DNA from: Eledone cirrhosa
Taxonomy: Eukaryota
Direction of reading: 5' to 3'
Assembly (NCBI GenBank): GCA_964016885.1
Contig: OZ024756.1
Coordinates: 23,374,001 to 23,438,000, forward strand
Length of the DNA: 64,000 nucleotides
Made by a program: the position numbers and the translations under genes. The notes below the pieces were generated by a model. That model saw only the letters and a list, made by a program, of their open reading frames with translations, ran no database searches and had not been told where the DNA came from. Shown one piece after another: positions 1 through 12,498 of the stretch (within the stretch, counting starts at the first letter, position 1; each line of letters starts with the position of its first letter).

Positions 1-127
1 TCTCAACTCATTTCTACAGCTGAGTGAACTGGAACGATGTGAAATAAAGTGTCTTGCTCAAAGAATCGAACTCTCAATCTTACGATTGCAAGCTCAATGC
101 TCTAACCCCTAAGCTATGCACCTTCAC
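1..127 (-). mobile_element. tRNA-derived SINE (CORE-like family), truncated at window edge
   Basis: Minus strand reads gtgaagg..tagcttaggggttagagca (A-box-like)..gagttcgattc (B-box)..ttgagcaagacactttatttcac. Related copies at ~3990-4113 (-), ~32172-32278 (+), ~54637-54712 (+), ~1680-1752 (+). Confidence 0.7.
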
Positions 128-142
128 TTCGGATTACAGTCC

Positions 143-445
143 TTATTATTCTCTTGTTTTACTATTTCTCTCCTTTCTATATATTTTCTCCTTTGGCTAA
201 GTCCTCACGCACTGTCCTCTCATCTTTTTCAGTTGACTTCTTTTTCTTCTATATTTGTGTAACTCGCCAAAACGCATAATTTGTCTCTACCTGTTTTGTT
301 ACATCTCAATGTGCACTGGAATAAATGGTATCAATCTAAATAACCGAAACCCTAGTGATTTCAGAGGTTGACTGAGGACATGGGACTGTCCGTCCTTCCG
401 TTGTCTTTCCATTGTCTTTGTCCTGTGCACCCCCTTATTTGAATA
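143..445. repeat. Dispersed ~300-bp repeat (family G), copy 1
   Basis: Aligns by eye with 5052-5320 and 37050-37336 (ctttggctaa, ctctacctgtttt, caatgtgcac, cgaaacc..gtgatt..cagaggttgactga..atgggact, cctattttgaata), each followed by a microsatellite. Confidence 0.8.
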
Positions 446-456
446 CACACAAATAA

Positions 457-577
<121 letters not shown>

Positions 578-601
578 CATATACATATGTATATATATAT
601 A

Positions 602-768
602 CTGCATTTCCCGGCGTCGAAGACGCTACTTTTTCCCTAAAATAAGTCTAGAAAAATCTACCATGCGTCCTGGAGGCCGAAGGTTGTTTATTATTATTTT
701 TCAAATTTTTGGTTCTCAAAATTAGGGTGCGTCCTCGAGGGCGAAGCGGCTTCGGCACCGGGAAATAC

Positions 769-770
<2 letters not shown>
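602..770. mobile_element. MITE, Tc1/mariner-pogo type
   Basis: ~26-bp imperfect TIRs (ctgcatttcccggcgtcgaagacgct versus reverse complement ccgtatttcccggtgccgaagccgct), TA on both sides, inside a (TA)n tract. Confidence 0.8.
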
Positions 771-865
<95 letters not shown>

Positions 866-1142
866 AGGAGGAAGAGAAGGAGTAGGAGGAAGACACCACT
901 GCCATCTATTGTCCTTCTTTCCCAGACAATTGTGTGGTAATTGATGGTGGTTGATATAAGGTTCAGCCGAGGTGTTTCCTACAAAACAACTCATGTAATG
1001 TAATGTGTATCTAAGATGTATAAATATATGTAAATATATATCTAAATAATAAATATGATTTTAACCTTGCATGTTTTTATAAGAGACGACAGGAAATACG
1101 TCGACATTCTATAAGTCTGTTTCCACCTCAGCGACTCACCAG

Positions 1143-1708
1143 ATCGTAGTTTATCATGGTTTCTTTGACTTTAGTTAAAGAGTTGGGTTCGCAATCGTAG
1201 TTTATCATGGTTTCTTTGACTTTAGTTAAAGAGTTGGGTTCGCAATCGTAGTTTATCATGGTTTCTTTGACTTTAGTTAAAGAGTTGGGTTCGCAATCGT
1301 AGTTTATCATGGTTTCTTTGACTTTAGTTAAAGAGTTGGGTTCGCAATCGTAGTTTATCATGGTTTCTTTGACTTTAGTTAAAGAGTTGGGTTCGCAATC
1401 GTAGTTTATCATGGTTTCTTTGACTTTAGTTAAAGAGTTGGGTTCGCAATCGTAGTTTATCATGGTTTCTTTGACTTTAGTTAAAGAGTTGGGTTCGCAA
1501 TCGTAGTTTATCATGGTTTCTTTGACTTTAGTTAAAGAGTTGGGTTCGCAATCGTAGTTTATCATGGTTTCTTTGACTTTAGTTAAAGAGTTGGGTTCGC
1601 AATCGTAGTTTATCATGGTTTCTTTGACTTTAGTTAAAGAGTTGGGTTCGCAATCGTAGTTTATCATGGTTTCTTTGACTTTAGTTAAAGAGTTGGGTTC
1701 GCAATCGT
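1143..1708. repeat. Minisatellite, 51-bp unit x 11, apparently identical copies
   Basis: Unit atcgtagtttatcatggtttctttgactttagttaaagagttgggttcgca; it explains the DCEPNSLTKVKETMINY repeat in ORF 1128-2090. Confidence 0.97.
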
Positions 1709-1984
1709 GAGGTTGCGACTTCAATTCCCGGACCATGGAATGCGTTACATCCTCGTTATATCCTTTATTAATATGTATTATATCCTCGATTAATGGTATA
1801 TTACGGACCTGTGTAACTCTTGAGGGAGTCGTAGGGGCGTCATATTGACATATGGCGTTTCTGTGGCAATTTTGAAACCTGGTGGAACCCATCTCCTCTC
1901 CAGGTCTGAATACAAAATATTTTTTCCTGAGATGGATAGAAAGTGACAGAAAGGAAGTGAAAAAGAGATATAGAGGAAGAATCA

Positions 1985-2120
1985 ACCCCATGTACTGGAC
2001 CCGAATGGATGAAAGAGAAATTTGACCTTGGCGGGATTTGAACTCAGGGAGCAGAGAGCCGTAGTGAATACAACAAAGCATTCTATCCATCGTTCTAACG
2101 ACTCTGCCATTTCGCCGCCT
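1985..2120 (-). mobile_element. tRNA-derived SINE family S2, diverged copy
   Basis: Minus strand ggcggcgaaatggcagagtcgttagaacg..gagttcaaatcccgccaaggtcaa..tttcatccattcgggtc; matches 60414-60596. Confidence 0.75.
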
Positions 2121-2179
2121 TCTAAGCTTTAAACACTGCTTTATATGAGCAGTATTCCAGTCACACTTGTGTTTTGTGG

Positions 2180-2310
2180 TTGTTGTTTTGTCTCAGGACC
2201 GTTCCGTGATCAGATCCGTTCCAGCCGTGACCATTCATTCTTCCCGTCTCTGTAGGGCTACATTATATAATATAGTGATTAGGTTGCTATTTCTAGTAGG
2301 TTGAGCGATA
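2180..2310. repeat. Old dispersed repeat (family H), fragmentary
   Basis: Shares ttgttgttt..ccagc(c/t)gtgacca..ggttgctatttctag with 2560-2665, 17255-17390 and partly 31455-31530. Confidence 0.5.
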
Positions 2311-2953
2311 GAGATGTTAAGAAACGTAGGCGTGGCAATATTGGCACGGTAATGTGTTAGTTGTGGGCGGTACACAGCGTTTGTTTGTGAATATAGGCGT
2401 GGCAACAGAGCTCACGGTTATGTGTGATTGTGGGCGGTACTTATCGTCCGTTTACGAATGTGGGTGTGGCAATGTGTGAGAGAGCATGAAGGGGCTATAT
2501 GTAGCGTGGCCGCACGACATGTAAACATATTTTGCCGATAAAATAAAAAAGAATTGGGTGTTGTTGTTTAACCCTCGGTCGTCTCTGGTTGAACAGACTT
2601 ATGTCCAAAACCGTCCCAGTCACGACCACCCTGTTCTTTTCTCTATATTTAGGACTACATTATACAATATACCCCACTCTTTCTCATTCTCCCTCTCTCT
2701 CACTCTGTGATTTTCTTTCTCTCTATCTCTTTCTCCCACTCCTTTCTGTCTCCCTCATTCTTTCTCTTTCTCCTCCCTCTATCTAACTCTCTATCTTTTA
2801 CCATGTCTCTCTCATTATTGTGTGTGTGTTTATCTCAGATAATTTGTACGTTTGGGAAGGTCACTTCACAACCATGGGGTTTCGGGTTCGGTCCCACGAG
2901 GCGGAACCATGGGGCAAGTGTTTTATTTTATAACCTCGAGTTGATCAACGTCT

Positions 2954-3002
<49 letters not shown>

Positions 3003-3004
<2 letters not shown>

Positions 3005-3173
3005 TAAAGGGTGTGGTAAGATACGAGGTGGACCATAACCCACCAGAGTACTCGTTACTTGGGATAGTAGAGGGGATAATATGAAAAGATTTAGGACCCC
3101 CACGGCTGAACTCCGGCCGTTTTGGATCTTGCTGTCGAAACGGGAGGATCTCACCCATCGGGGTCCTGAATCT

Positions 3174-3180
<7 letters not shown>
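3003..3180 (-). mobile_element. Hairpin-plus-tail insert in (TA)n, family A copy 1 (Penelope-like/retrozyme-type fragment)
   Basis: Inverted arms gaaaagatt..ggacccc / ggggtcctgaatcttttc plus ~80-bp tail shared with 3725-3897, 10757-10948, 12278-12498 and 22558-22680. Confidence 0.8.
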
Positions 3181-3223
<43 letters not shown>

Positions 3224-3263
3224 GATCCCGTTAAGGGTGAAAGCAGCTAATCTGTTATTTTAA

Positions 3264-3345
<82 letters not shown>

Positions 3346-3394
3346 TACACGCGTGTGTGTGTGTAGGTCTGTATTGGTTCTAGCATGGACACAA

Positions 3395-3545
3395 GACCAT
3401 ACATTTGATACATAGATGAGAGGAAATTCGATTATATCGAATCCCGCAGTATTTAACTGGTACTTAATTTTATCGACTCCCGAAAGACGAAAGGCAAAAT
3501 TAGACTCAACAGAATTTGAACTCATAACACAGAAACATTGATCCA
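3395..3545 (-). mobile_element. SINE family S2, partial
   Basis: Reverse complement gagttcaaattctgttgagtctaattttgcctttcgtctttcgggagtcgataaaattaagtaccag. Confidence 0.75.
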
Positions 3546-3672
3546 CTAGATCTGAGACCTCATTTGCTTACCAAGTGAGGTGGAACACATCAAATCGGAC
3601 CAAGGAAAGGATGTTTCCATTGGTCTTTCCCTAGGTGATACTATCTACAAGTCGCAACGCAACTCCTGGCAG

Positions 3673-3719
<47 letters not shown>

Positions 3720-3724
3720 AATAT

Positions 3725-3897
3725 AAAAAACAAAGAAGATGTGGTAAGATACCAGGTGGACCATAATGCACCAGAGTACTCGATACTTAGGGTAGTAGAG
3801 TGGGTAATAGGAAAAGAGTCAGGACCCCGACGGCTGAGCTCCGGCCGTTTCGAATAGGCCGGAGCTCAGCCGTCGGAGTCCTGACTCTTTTCCTATA
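3725..3897 (-). mobile_element. Family A hairpin-plus-tail insert, copy 2
   Basis: taggaaaagagtcaggaccccgacggctgagctccggcc / ggccggagctcagccgtcggagtcctgactcttttccta, with the family tail on the left. Confidence 0.85.
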
Positions 3898-4660
3898 TAT
3901 ATATATGTGTGTATATATATATGTTCACAAACGAACTTTTCTTGGTTAATACTATATATCATCTACAGGTCGCAATTCCTGGCAGAAGAAACAACGTAAG
4001 ATAAAGTGTCTTGCTCAAAGGAGATAACACATCGCTCGGTTCGGGAATTGAACTCGTAACCTTTCGACTGCGTTGCAAATCCAGCTTGCTAGTTATTAAG
4101 CTCCAAGCCTTCACTAATGAAGTCATAACGAATAAATAACAAAGTTATAACAAATAATAAACAATAGATAAGTAAAAAGGAATAACAAAGATCCTGTGGT
4201 GAATATCGAAATCTTCCGGATTAAATATGGTCTTGAGGGGGTTTGTAATGAAGAGACGATATAAATAGACGAAGCGTTGGTACAAAAGAAATATCGTGTT
4301 AAAATGGCCGACGTGTTAGTGTTTCACCGTTGGCGCTAGCCTATCGCCAATATATACGGCCATATGTGATGTGTTTCAGCACACGTGCACAGGTAGCTTG
4401 CACACGTGCACAGGTAACATACACACGCGTCTGCTTTGTGATTTGAGAGCACACTTACACGTGCACAGCTGTTAGGTGGAAACGTACATTATCCCAGTGT
4501 GTCTGTGTGTAGCTGTGTGTGTCTATGTGTCTTGTATATTCCTGTATGTACTGTGTGACTGTGTGTGTGTGCACAGACTCCCAATCACGTACAGACTGAT
4601 AAAAACATCGCCAGCGTATATGCGTACTGACTCACATACGCTTATGCACACACATATGTA

Positions 4661-4717
<57 letters not shown>

Positions 4718-4781
4718 AACACTCATATATATGTATGTATGTATATATATATATGTATGTGTGTGTATGTGTGTGTATGTA

Positions 4782-4831
<50 letters not shown>

Positions 4832-4938
4832 ATTTCAAATTGATGCATCGCATGTACGTCAATATAAACATATGTATATATTGAATTATGCTCGTGTGGG
4901 GCTTTTATGTGTGTATGTATGAATATATGTATGTATAG

Positions 4939-4980
<42 letters not shown>

Positions 4981-5051
4981 TTTAATACAGCATAGACGAA
5001 GCTCCAGTATACGGCCAAGCTAGCGTGTATATATATATATACACACACAAT

Positions 5052-5320
5052 CATTATTCTCATCTGTTTTATTATTTCTTTTTTTCTCTATTTTTTCTCC
5101 TTTGGCTAATCCCTTACGCACTCCATATTTGTGTAATTTTCTTAAAGGCATGACTTGTCTCTACCTGTTTTATGATTTCCCAATGTGCACTGGAATGAAG
5201 GGTATCATCCTTAAAAAAAACGAAACCGTTGTGATTTCCAGAGGTTGACTGATGCGATGGGACTCTCTCTTTCCGTTTTATTTCCATTGTCTATGTCCTG
5301 TGTGCCCCCTATTTTGAATA
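5052..5320. repeat. Dispersed repeat family G, copy 2
   Basis: Colinear similarity to 143-445. Confidence 0.8.
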
Positions 5321-5378
5321 TATATATATATGTTGAATTATGCTCGCGTGTGGATTTTATGTATGTGTATAGGTGCGC

Positions 5379-5412
<34 letters not shown>

Positions 5413-5413
5413 A

Positions 5414-5460
<47 letters not shown>

Positions 5461-6172
5461 AGTATAGAAGTAACGGTGGCTGCGAAAATGTGCATATAAA
5501 TTTACATATGGAGTATTGACTTGTACACAAGCGGATATCACACATTTCTCTGTAAACTGAAAAAAAGAAATAATTTCTTGAATCAATTTTCGACCCTTTT
5601 TGGATTCTCACCAGAAGACATGCACATAATCTAAACAACGACATGGAACTACGTAACTGAAGGGCTTCTATTTCCTATCGTTTAAATTGTCGATGAAAAT
5701 GTCGAACGGGAACGCTAAAACGTCACGTGAAACTTCGAATGAACAAAAGCATTAAGTGCAACGACGTCGGTTCCTACATTGCAGCCTAGATTGAAACGTC
5801 GAAAATAACGACGTTTCGGGCTCCATCTCTGATTCAAAAGAGGCAGCCATTTTGCTCGGTGTCTTGCTGACTCCGTACGAGTGTTAGGTTAAGGGCACAC
5901 GTGTCTGTAGAATATTCAGTGTCATCTATTATAATTCAATGAGTAGAAACAGTCCAGTTAATCTAATCACTGGAGTAGCCATTGTCGAAATAGGCAGAGA
6001 TCCATTTGTTGTGTATATGTGTATGTATTTGTATGTGTGTATATATTCATGTATGTAGGTATGTATGTATTTGTATACAGGTACACACACTTATGCACAC
6101 ACATACACACACTCACATTTATAAGTATATATATCAGCAGATTAATACACACACACACACACACGCACACGC

Positions 6173-6248
<76 letters not shown>

Positions 6249-6729
6249 TTATATATATATGAATACAAATATATATATGTATACATTATTATATTATGTG
6301 TGTGTGAAAGAGGGGGGGGGGGAGAAAAGGGAAAGAGGGGAGAGAGTGAGAGTGAGAGTGTGAGAGAGTGAGAGAGAGAGAGAGAGAGAGAGTGAGAGAG
6401 TGATAATGAGAGAGTGAGAGTGAGAGAGAGTGAAAGAGTGAGAGAATGAGAGTGAGAGAGTGTGAGAGAGGGAGAGTGAGTGAGAGAGAGATAGAGAGAT
6501 AGATAGAGAGAGAGGGAGAGAGAGAGAGTTTTGATATAGAGGATATTCAGGAACAAACACCGAAAAATGTGATCGTGGGTTAAGGGGTTAGAAATAGTTG
6601 GTTGTGGGTGGTAGAGGTAGACGGTGATTTTAGTGGAGTAAATAAAGTCCCACCGGACTTTATTACGCCACCATTATAAAGGCTGCCGCCATAGCCGTTG
6701 CAGACGCCAACACCGTCCAAACCACTAAC

Positions 6730-7160
6730 CGCCACCATCATCACTACCTCTAATGCCACTACCACTGTGGCTGCCACTACCGCCGCCGCCACTACATCCA
6801 CCGCCACCGCCATCGTCACTGCCACCACACAATCTACCACCATCACCACAACTACCATCGCCACCACTACATCCACCACCACCGCCATCGTCACTGCCAC
6901 CACACAATCCACCACCATCACGGCAACTACCATCGCCACCACTACATCTACCACCACCGCCATCGTCACTGCCACCACACAATCCACCACCATCACCGCA
7001 ACTACCGCCGCCACCACTACATTCACCACCACCACTGCCACCACCACTTCTATAGCTACCACCACTACCAACACCACCGCCACCACCACCGCCATAGCTA
7101 CTACCACCACCACCACCACCACCACCACCGCCATAGCTACCACACCACCGCCACCGCCAC
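6730..7160. repeat. (ACC/GCC)n low-complexity tract with ~63-bp higher-order unit
   Basis: accgccatcgtcactgccaccacacaatc occurs three times. Confidence 0.85.
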
Positions 7161-7296
7161 TACGGACGTCGACACCACCGCAATCCCATCTTTTCCCGTC
7201 ATGCACTTGTGTCGTTTTGTCGCCCGCCTCTGCCACCGCTCCTACCCTCACGCCTCTCAAGGAAACCGGCCCCACAACAATGTCTAATGGAACAGT

Positions 7297-7417
7297 TTAC
7301 CCGCTCTGCAGCGTCTCAGGCAGACCACCGAGATTTCCAAACACATCAGCTCCAGCCCCTAGCTTTTTACATGTCAACAGCATTTTCTTGAATATATCAA
7401 ATATCAGTAATGGTGGA
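7297..7417 (-). other. Candidate minus-strand exon (unidentified)
   Basis: Strong acceptor tttttttttcttctccctAG at 7418-7438; only one frame is open (PPLLIFDIFKKMLLTCKKLGAGADVFGNLGGLPETLQSG*). No homolog recognised. Confidence 0.3.
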
Positions 7418-7529
7418 CTAGGGAGAAGAAAAAAAAAATGACAGAAACTCTGATGTGTCTTTATGTGGGGGTTGGCATGGCGTGTGTTTGTGGAGTGTGT
7501 GTGTGTGGGGGGGAGCGGGGGGGCTTTCT

Positions 7530-7765
7530 TTCTTTCTTCCTTTCGTCTTCTTCTTCTTCTTCTTCTTCTGGGGTGGGGCACTTTCTTTCTTTCTTTCTTT
7601 CTTTCGTCGTCGTCTTCTTCTTCTCCATCATCATCACCATCATCGCGATCATCGTTATCATCACCAGCATCATCATAATCACCATCATCATCATCATCAG
7701 CATCTCAACATTATGATCATCTTCATCATAATCATCATTATTTTCATCGTAATCATCATCATCAC

Positions 7766-7796
<31 letters not shown>

Positions 7797-8585
7797 TTCC
7801 CTAGCTCTTTCTCGCCCACTTCTCCGAACACTACGACCAACAAGAGAAACAAACTCCGCCAAATAATGATTATTAAATAAAAACAACAACGACAATAACA
7901 ACAACAACAACAACAACTACAACATCATCATCATCATCATCATCGACGACAACGACAACAACAAAAGCAATAATAAAAACAACGACAGCAACAACGACAA
8001 CAACAACAACAACCCTGCCAATAGCAATAACAACAACGACAACAACAACGACGACAACAACGATTGCAACAACAACAAAAACAATCCTGCCAACAACACC
8101 AACGACAACAACAGCAACAACGACGACAGCAACAACAACAACAACGACAACAACAGCAACAACAACAACAACGACAACAATGTCAACAACAACGACAGCA
8201 ACAACAAACCTGGCAACAACAATAACAACAACAACAACAGCAACAACAGCAACAAACCTGCCAACAACACCAACAACAACGACAACAACAAACCTGCCAA
8301 CAACACCAACAACAACGACAGCAATGTCAACAACAACGACAGCAACAACAACAACAAACCTGCCAACAACACCAACAACAACGACAACAATGTCAACAAC
8401 AACGACAGCAACAACAACAACAAACCTGGCAACAACAACAACAACAGCAACAGCAACAAACCTGCCAACAACAACAACGACAGCAACGTCAACAGCAACA
8501 AACCTGCCAACAACAACAACAAACCTGCCAACAACAACAACGACAGCAACGTCAATCCTGCCAACAACAACAGCAACAACAACAA
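7530..8585. repeat. (TTC)n, (ATC)n and (AAC)n trinucleotide low-complexity block
   Basis: Directly visible. Confidence 0.9.
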
Positions 8586-8723
8586 GCTAAAAACGACAGT
8601 GAAATCCTGTCCGCCATATTGTCTACGGTAGAAAGTCTTGTGGGGCTAAACTTAGCTCCCGCTATCTCTCTTCTAATTGATTCATAACTTTACATTGACA
8701 ACAACTACCTCTCTCCACGGACC

Positions 8724-8826
8724 AATTAGAAATTCTCCAAAATGTTTGCTTTCACATTTTTAAGTTTTTGTTTTTCTTTGTTTTTTTCATCTCTCCCTCT
8801 CGCTCTCGCACTCGTTTAGCGCAGCT

Positions 8827-8860
<34 letters not shown>

Positions 8861-9031
8861 TTGTTGGTGGTGATTATGATGATGATGATGAGGATGATGA
8901 TGATGATCGTATTGATGTTGCAATTGGTGATGGTGTGGGTGGTTGTCGTGTTAGTAGTAGTGGTGGTGGTGGTGGTAGTGGTTGTAGTAATTTTTTTTTT
9001 TTTTTTTTTTATTTGCATAATTGAAGTTGTA

Positions 9032-9097
<66 letters not shown>

Positions 9098-9387
9098 CAC
9101 ACTACAACTTCAATTACGCAAATAACAAAAAAAAAAAAAAAAAATTTACTACAACCACCACCACCACCACCACCACTACTACTAACACGACAACCACCCA
9201 CACCATCACCAATTGCAACAACTATGACAACATCAATACCATCATCATCATCATCATCATCATAATCACCACCAACAACAGCAGCAGCATAAGCTGCGCT
9301 AAACGAGAGCGAGAGCGTGAGATTAAAAAAAACAAAAAACAAAAAACGTAAAAATGTGAAAGCAAACATTTTGGAGAATTTCTAATT
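8724..9387. repeat. Inverted duplication with ~300-bp arms centred on a (TA)n tract
   Basis: aattagaaattctccaaaatgtttgctttcacatttt..ctcgtttagcgcagcttatgctgctg..ttgaagttgtagt is mirrored at ~9100-9387. Confidence 0.92.
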
Positions 9388-9463
9388 ATATATATTTATA
9401 TATATATATTATATGTATGTATGTATGTGTATGTGTGTGTGTGTGTGTACACTTACCTATAAT

Positions 9464-9524
<61 letters not shown>

Positions 9525-9643
9525 TATATGTATGTATGTGTGTGTGAATATGGATCTCTAAGTATGCATGTGTACAAATACATGTATGTACAACAATATA
9601 TGTTCGTGTTATATATTTTTTCTCGCTATATATATATATATAA

Positions 9644-9839
<196 letters not shown>

Positions 9840-10002
9840 ACTTACCTATAATAGAGACTATATATATAAACAGAACTACGTAGAGCTGGGCATTAGCCCA
9901 CTCCATGGTATCTTATAAAAGTATTCTTTACGATAAACCAGTATTAACAAATATGTGTTTTTCGGACCCATGGCTTTTTACATATTCCTTTGTTATATTC
10001 CA

Positions 10003-10060
10003 ATACCTGATGATATCACCGGATTCATATGGAGCCCGGTCATTGAAATGATCATAGTAT
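10003..10060 (+). ncRNA. Type I hammerhead ribozyme motif
   Basis: atac-CTGATGA(10007)-tatcaccgg..ccggtcatt-GAAA(10045)-tgatca-TA-gtat, then AATAAA. Stem I is only 4 bp; loop III is palindromic. Confidence 0.7.
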
Positions 10061-10106
10061 AATAAACCTTTCAAGGATTTACACCAGTCCAGCCTCCTGT
10101 TATTTC

Positions 10107-10208
<102 letters not shown>

Positions 10209-10349
10209 CCAAAAGTTTATATGATTCGTTGATTATTCAACGAATACAATTTTACAAAAGATTGGAAGCACTCGACAGAAAATTTTCTGGAGTATTTAAT
10301 ATTATTCAAAATATTAATAAATGAAAAATATTCTCATAACCAAAATATA

Positions 10350-10412
10350 TATTTTATTATACATATTTCAAAGGTACAATGGTGTTTAAGTACGTTTTCA
10401 TCAGATAAAATA
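10350..10412 (-). ncRNA. Type I hammerhead ribozyme motif (family B), inverted partner of 10521-10583
   Basis: Reverse [18 protein letters not shown]-CTGATGA-aaacgtac..gtaccttt-GAAA-tatgta-TA-ataaaata. Confidence 0.8.
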
Positions 10413-10520
10413 TATGAGCGATTGTATAAAAACGTTGAGGGTTGGTGAAATAAATCATTACCACTATTGAAATTCAATAATCAAAACCGTAGCGGTATGT
10501 CGCATATCCAATCTCTCAAA

Positions 10521-10583
10521 TATTTTATCTGATGAAAACGTACTTAAACACCATTGTACATTTGAAATATGTATAATAAAATA
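10521..10583 (+). ncRNA. Type I hammerhead ribozyme motif (family B)
   Basis: tattttat-CTGATGA(10529)-aaacgtac..gtacattt-GAAA(10564)-tatgta-TA-ataaaata; perfect 8-bp stem I. Confidence 0.82.
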
Positions 10584-10756
10584 TATATTTTGTTTATGAC
10601 CCTCTACCGATACTGCCAATCCACCGCCAAACAAGAGATAGTTACTTTAGATCATCTCTATTCATTTTATTGTATATATTTGGAAGATGCAAGGCTTATG
10701 TATAACATAATCCAAAACATGTTTTGGTCAGATAAAATGCATACATATATATATAT

Positions 10757-10944
10757 ATGAGAAAGTATGACCCCGACGGCAGAGCTCAAGCCGTTTCGAC
10801 GGCTATTTCTGGACAGAAATAGCCGTCGAAACGGCTTGAGCTCGGCCGTCGGAGTCATACTTTCTCATATTATCCACTCTACTACCCTAAGTATTGAGTA
10901 CTCTGGTGTGTTATGGTCCATCTGGTTCCTTATCACAACTCCTT

Positions 10945-10948
<4 letters not shown>
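10757..10948 (+). mobile_element. Family A hairpin-plus-tail insert, copy 3
   Basis: Near-perfect ~110-bp palindrome 10757-10868 containing GAAA(10828)-cggc-ttgagctcg-gccg-TC (hammerhead 3' half), then the family tail and (TA)n. Confidence 0.85.
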
Positions 10949-10988
<40 letters not shown>

Positions 10989-11004
10989 CACACCATAATT
11001 TAAC

Positions 11005-11080
11005 TTGGTGTCCTTGAAATATGTATAATGAAATAAATATGGTTTTATAAATATAGTTTCCATTTGTTAATATATCGTAT
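11005..11080 (+). mobile_element. Family B fragment with hammerhead 3' half
   Basis: ccttGAAAtatgtaTAatgaaataaatatggttttataaatatagtttccatttg matches 16047-16100. Confidence 0.75.
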
Positions 11081-11363
11081 ATATATATATATGAATGTAT
11101 GTGTTTGTAGGTGAATCTATGTAGGCATTTAACTAATGCATGTATATATCTCTATGTATGTAAATTCTAGTGGAAAGACACTCCGCCGTTGTCCACTGTC
11201 TCAATACTGTTGTGTTGTCTCATGTGTGTCTTTTTGACGGCTTCTTCTAAGCCGCTCTTAAAACCTGGGCTCAATATTTAGCAATACTATCCATATACGA
11301 AACTGCATTGATCAGAGAGTGGCTGGGGCATATATATATACATACACACACACGCGCGCATTG

Positions 11364-11434
<71 letters not shown>

Positions 11435-11486
11435 ATAATAATAAAATTGCAGACTAAAATCCAAAGAGGGCTCGATATTTATTTTA

Positions 11487-11561
<75 letters not shown>

Positions 11562-11638
11562 GATGTCGAGTATTTCTTTTATTAATAATTATTTGTAATT
11601 ATAGCACGTTAATCAATGCAATATGATATATCATGTTA

Positions 11639-11669
<31 letters not shown>

Positions 11670-11671
<2 letters not shown>

Positions 11672-11945
11672 GTAAGTATGTATACGTACATACATATATG
11701 TATACAGACGTACAATAGTATGTATATAAATATATACATGCACACATATATATATAAACAAACCGAGCATTATAATAAATCTTCGGTAAACCGATACGTG
11801 CATATATATATATGTGCATGTATGTATATATATACATACTACTGTACGTCTGTATACATATATGTATGTACGTATACATACTTACATTTAAGTAAGTGCC
11901 GTACTAAGAGTGAGAAATGAAATTTCGTTTCATTCTATTCCATTT
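11670..11945 (+). mobile_element. Family D (retrozyme-like) partial copy with inverted 5' segment
   Basis: aaaccgagcattataataaat..catactactgtacgtctgtatacat..ccgtactaagagtgagaaatgaaatttcgtttcatt matches 23700-23880; 11670-11727 is the reverse complement of ~11828-11886. Confidence 0.8.
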
Positions 11946-11949
11946 ATAT

Positions 11950-11980
<31 letters not shown>

Positions 11981-12246
11981 CAAGTTAATATAAATTAATA
12001 TATATGATAAACACAAATACCAACATATAAGTGTTTGTACTGTAAATGACTAAGTTAGCTAGGTTGAAAAATACTAATAATAATCTAGCTAACTTAGTCA
12101 TTTACAATACAAACACTTATATGTTGGTATTTGTGTTTATCATATATATTATTTATATTAACTTGTATTACACGGCTCAGAAATACTTCTTTCTTTGAGC
12201 TATTTCATTGTAAAGGACTGTTTGAGTTTAGAACTCTTTATTCATA

Positions 12247-12247
<1 letters not shown>
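11981..12247 (+). mobile_element. Hairpin-plus-tail insert in (TA)n, family I copy 1
   Basis: ~80-bp inverted arms (11981-12062 / 12085-12165), then tail cacggctcag..gagcta..cattgtaaa shared with 59845-60085. Confidence 0.8.
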
Positions 12248-12277
<30 letters not shown>

Positions 12278-12282
<5 letters not shown>

Positions 12283-12498
12283 AGATTCAGGACCCCGACG
12301 GCTGAGCTCCGGCCATTTCGACAGCTAGATTCGAACTAAACCACCAGTATTAGAACCACGGGAATCTAGCTGAACTTATCAAAGGGATTACAGTCGGATC
12401 TAGCTGGCGAAACGGCCGGGGCTCAGCCGTCGAAGTCCTGAATCTTTTCATATTACCCACTCTACTGCCCTAAGAATCGAGTACTCTGGTGGGTTATG
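12278..12498 (+). mobile_element. Family A hairpin-plus-tail insert, copy 4
   Basis: ~52-bp arms around a ~65-bp spacer; GAAA-cggc..gccg-TC; family tail. Confidence 0.85.

Noticed and set aside
1128-2090. 320-aa ORF with a 17-aa repeat, or a CRISPR-like array
   Set aside because: Units are contiguous with no spacers; the ORF is a stop-free 51-bp minisatellite plus SINE sequence.
7380-7417. P-type ATPase last transmembrane helix in the hypothetical spliced peptide
   Set aside because: Only a vague resemblance; no other ATPase exon is visible, so no gene name is assigned.
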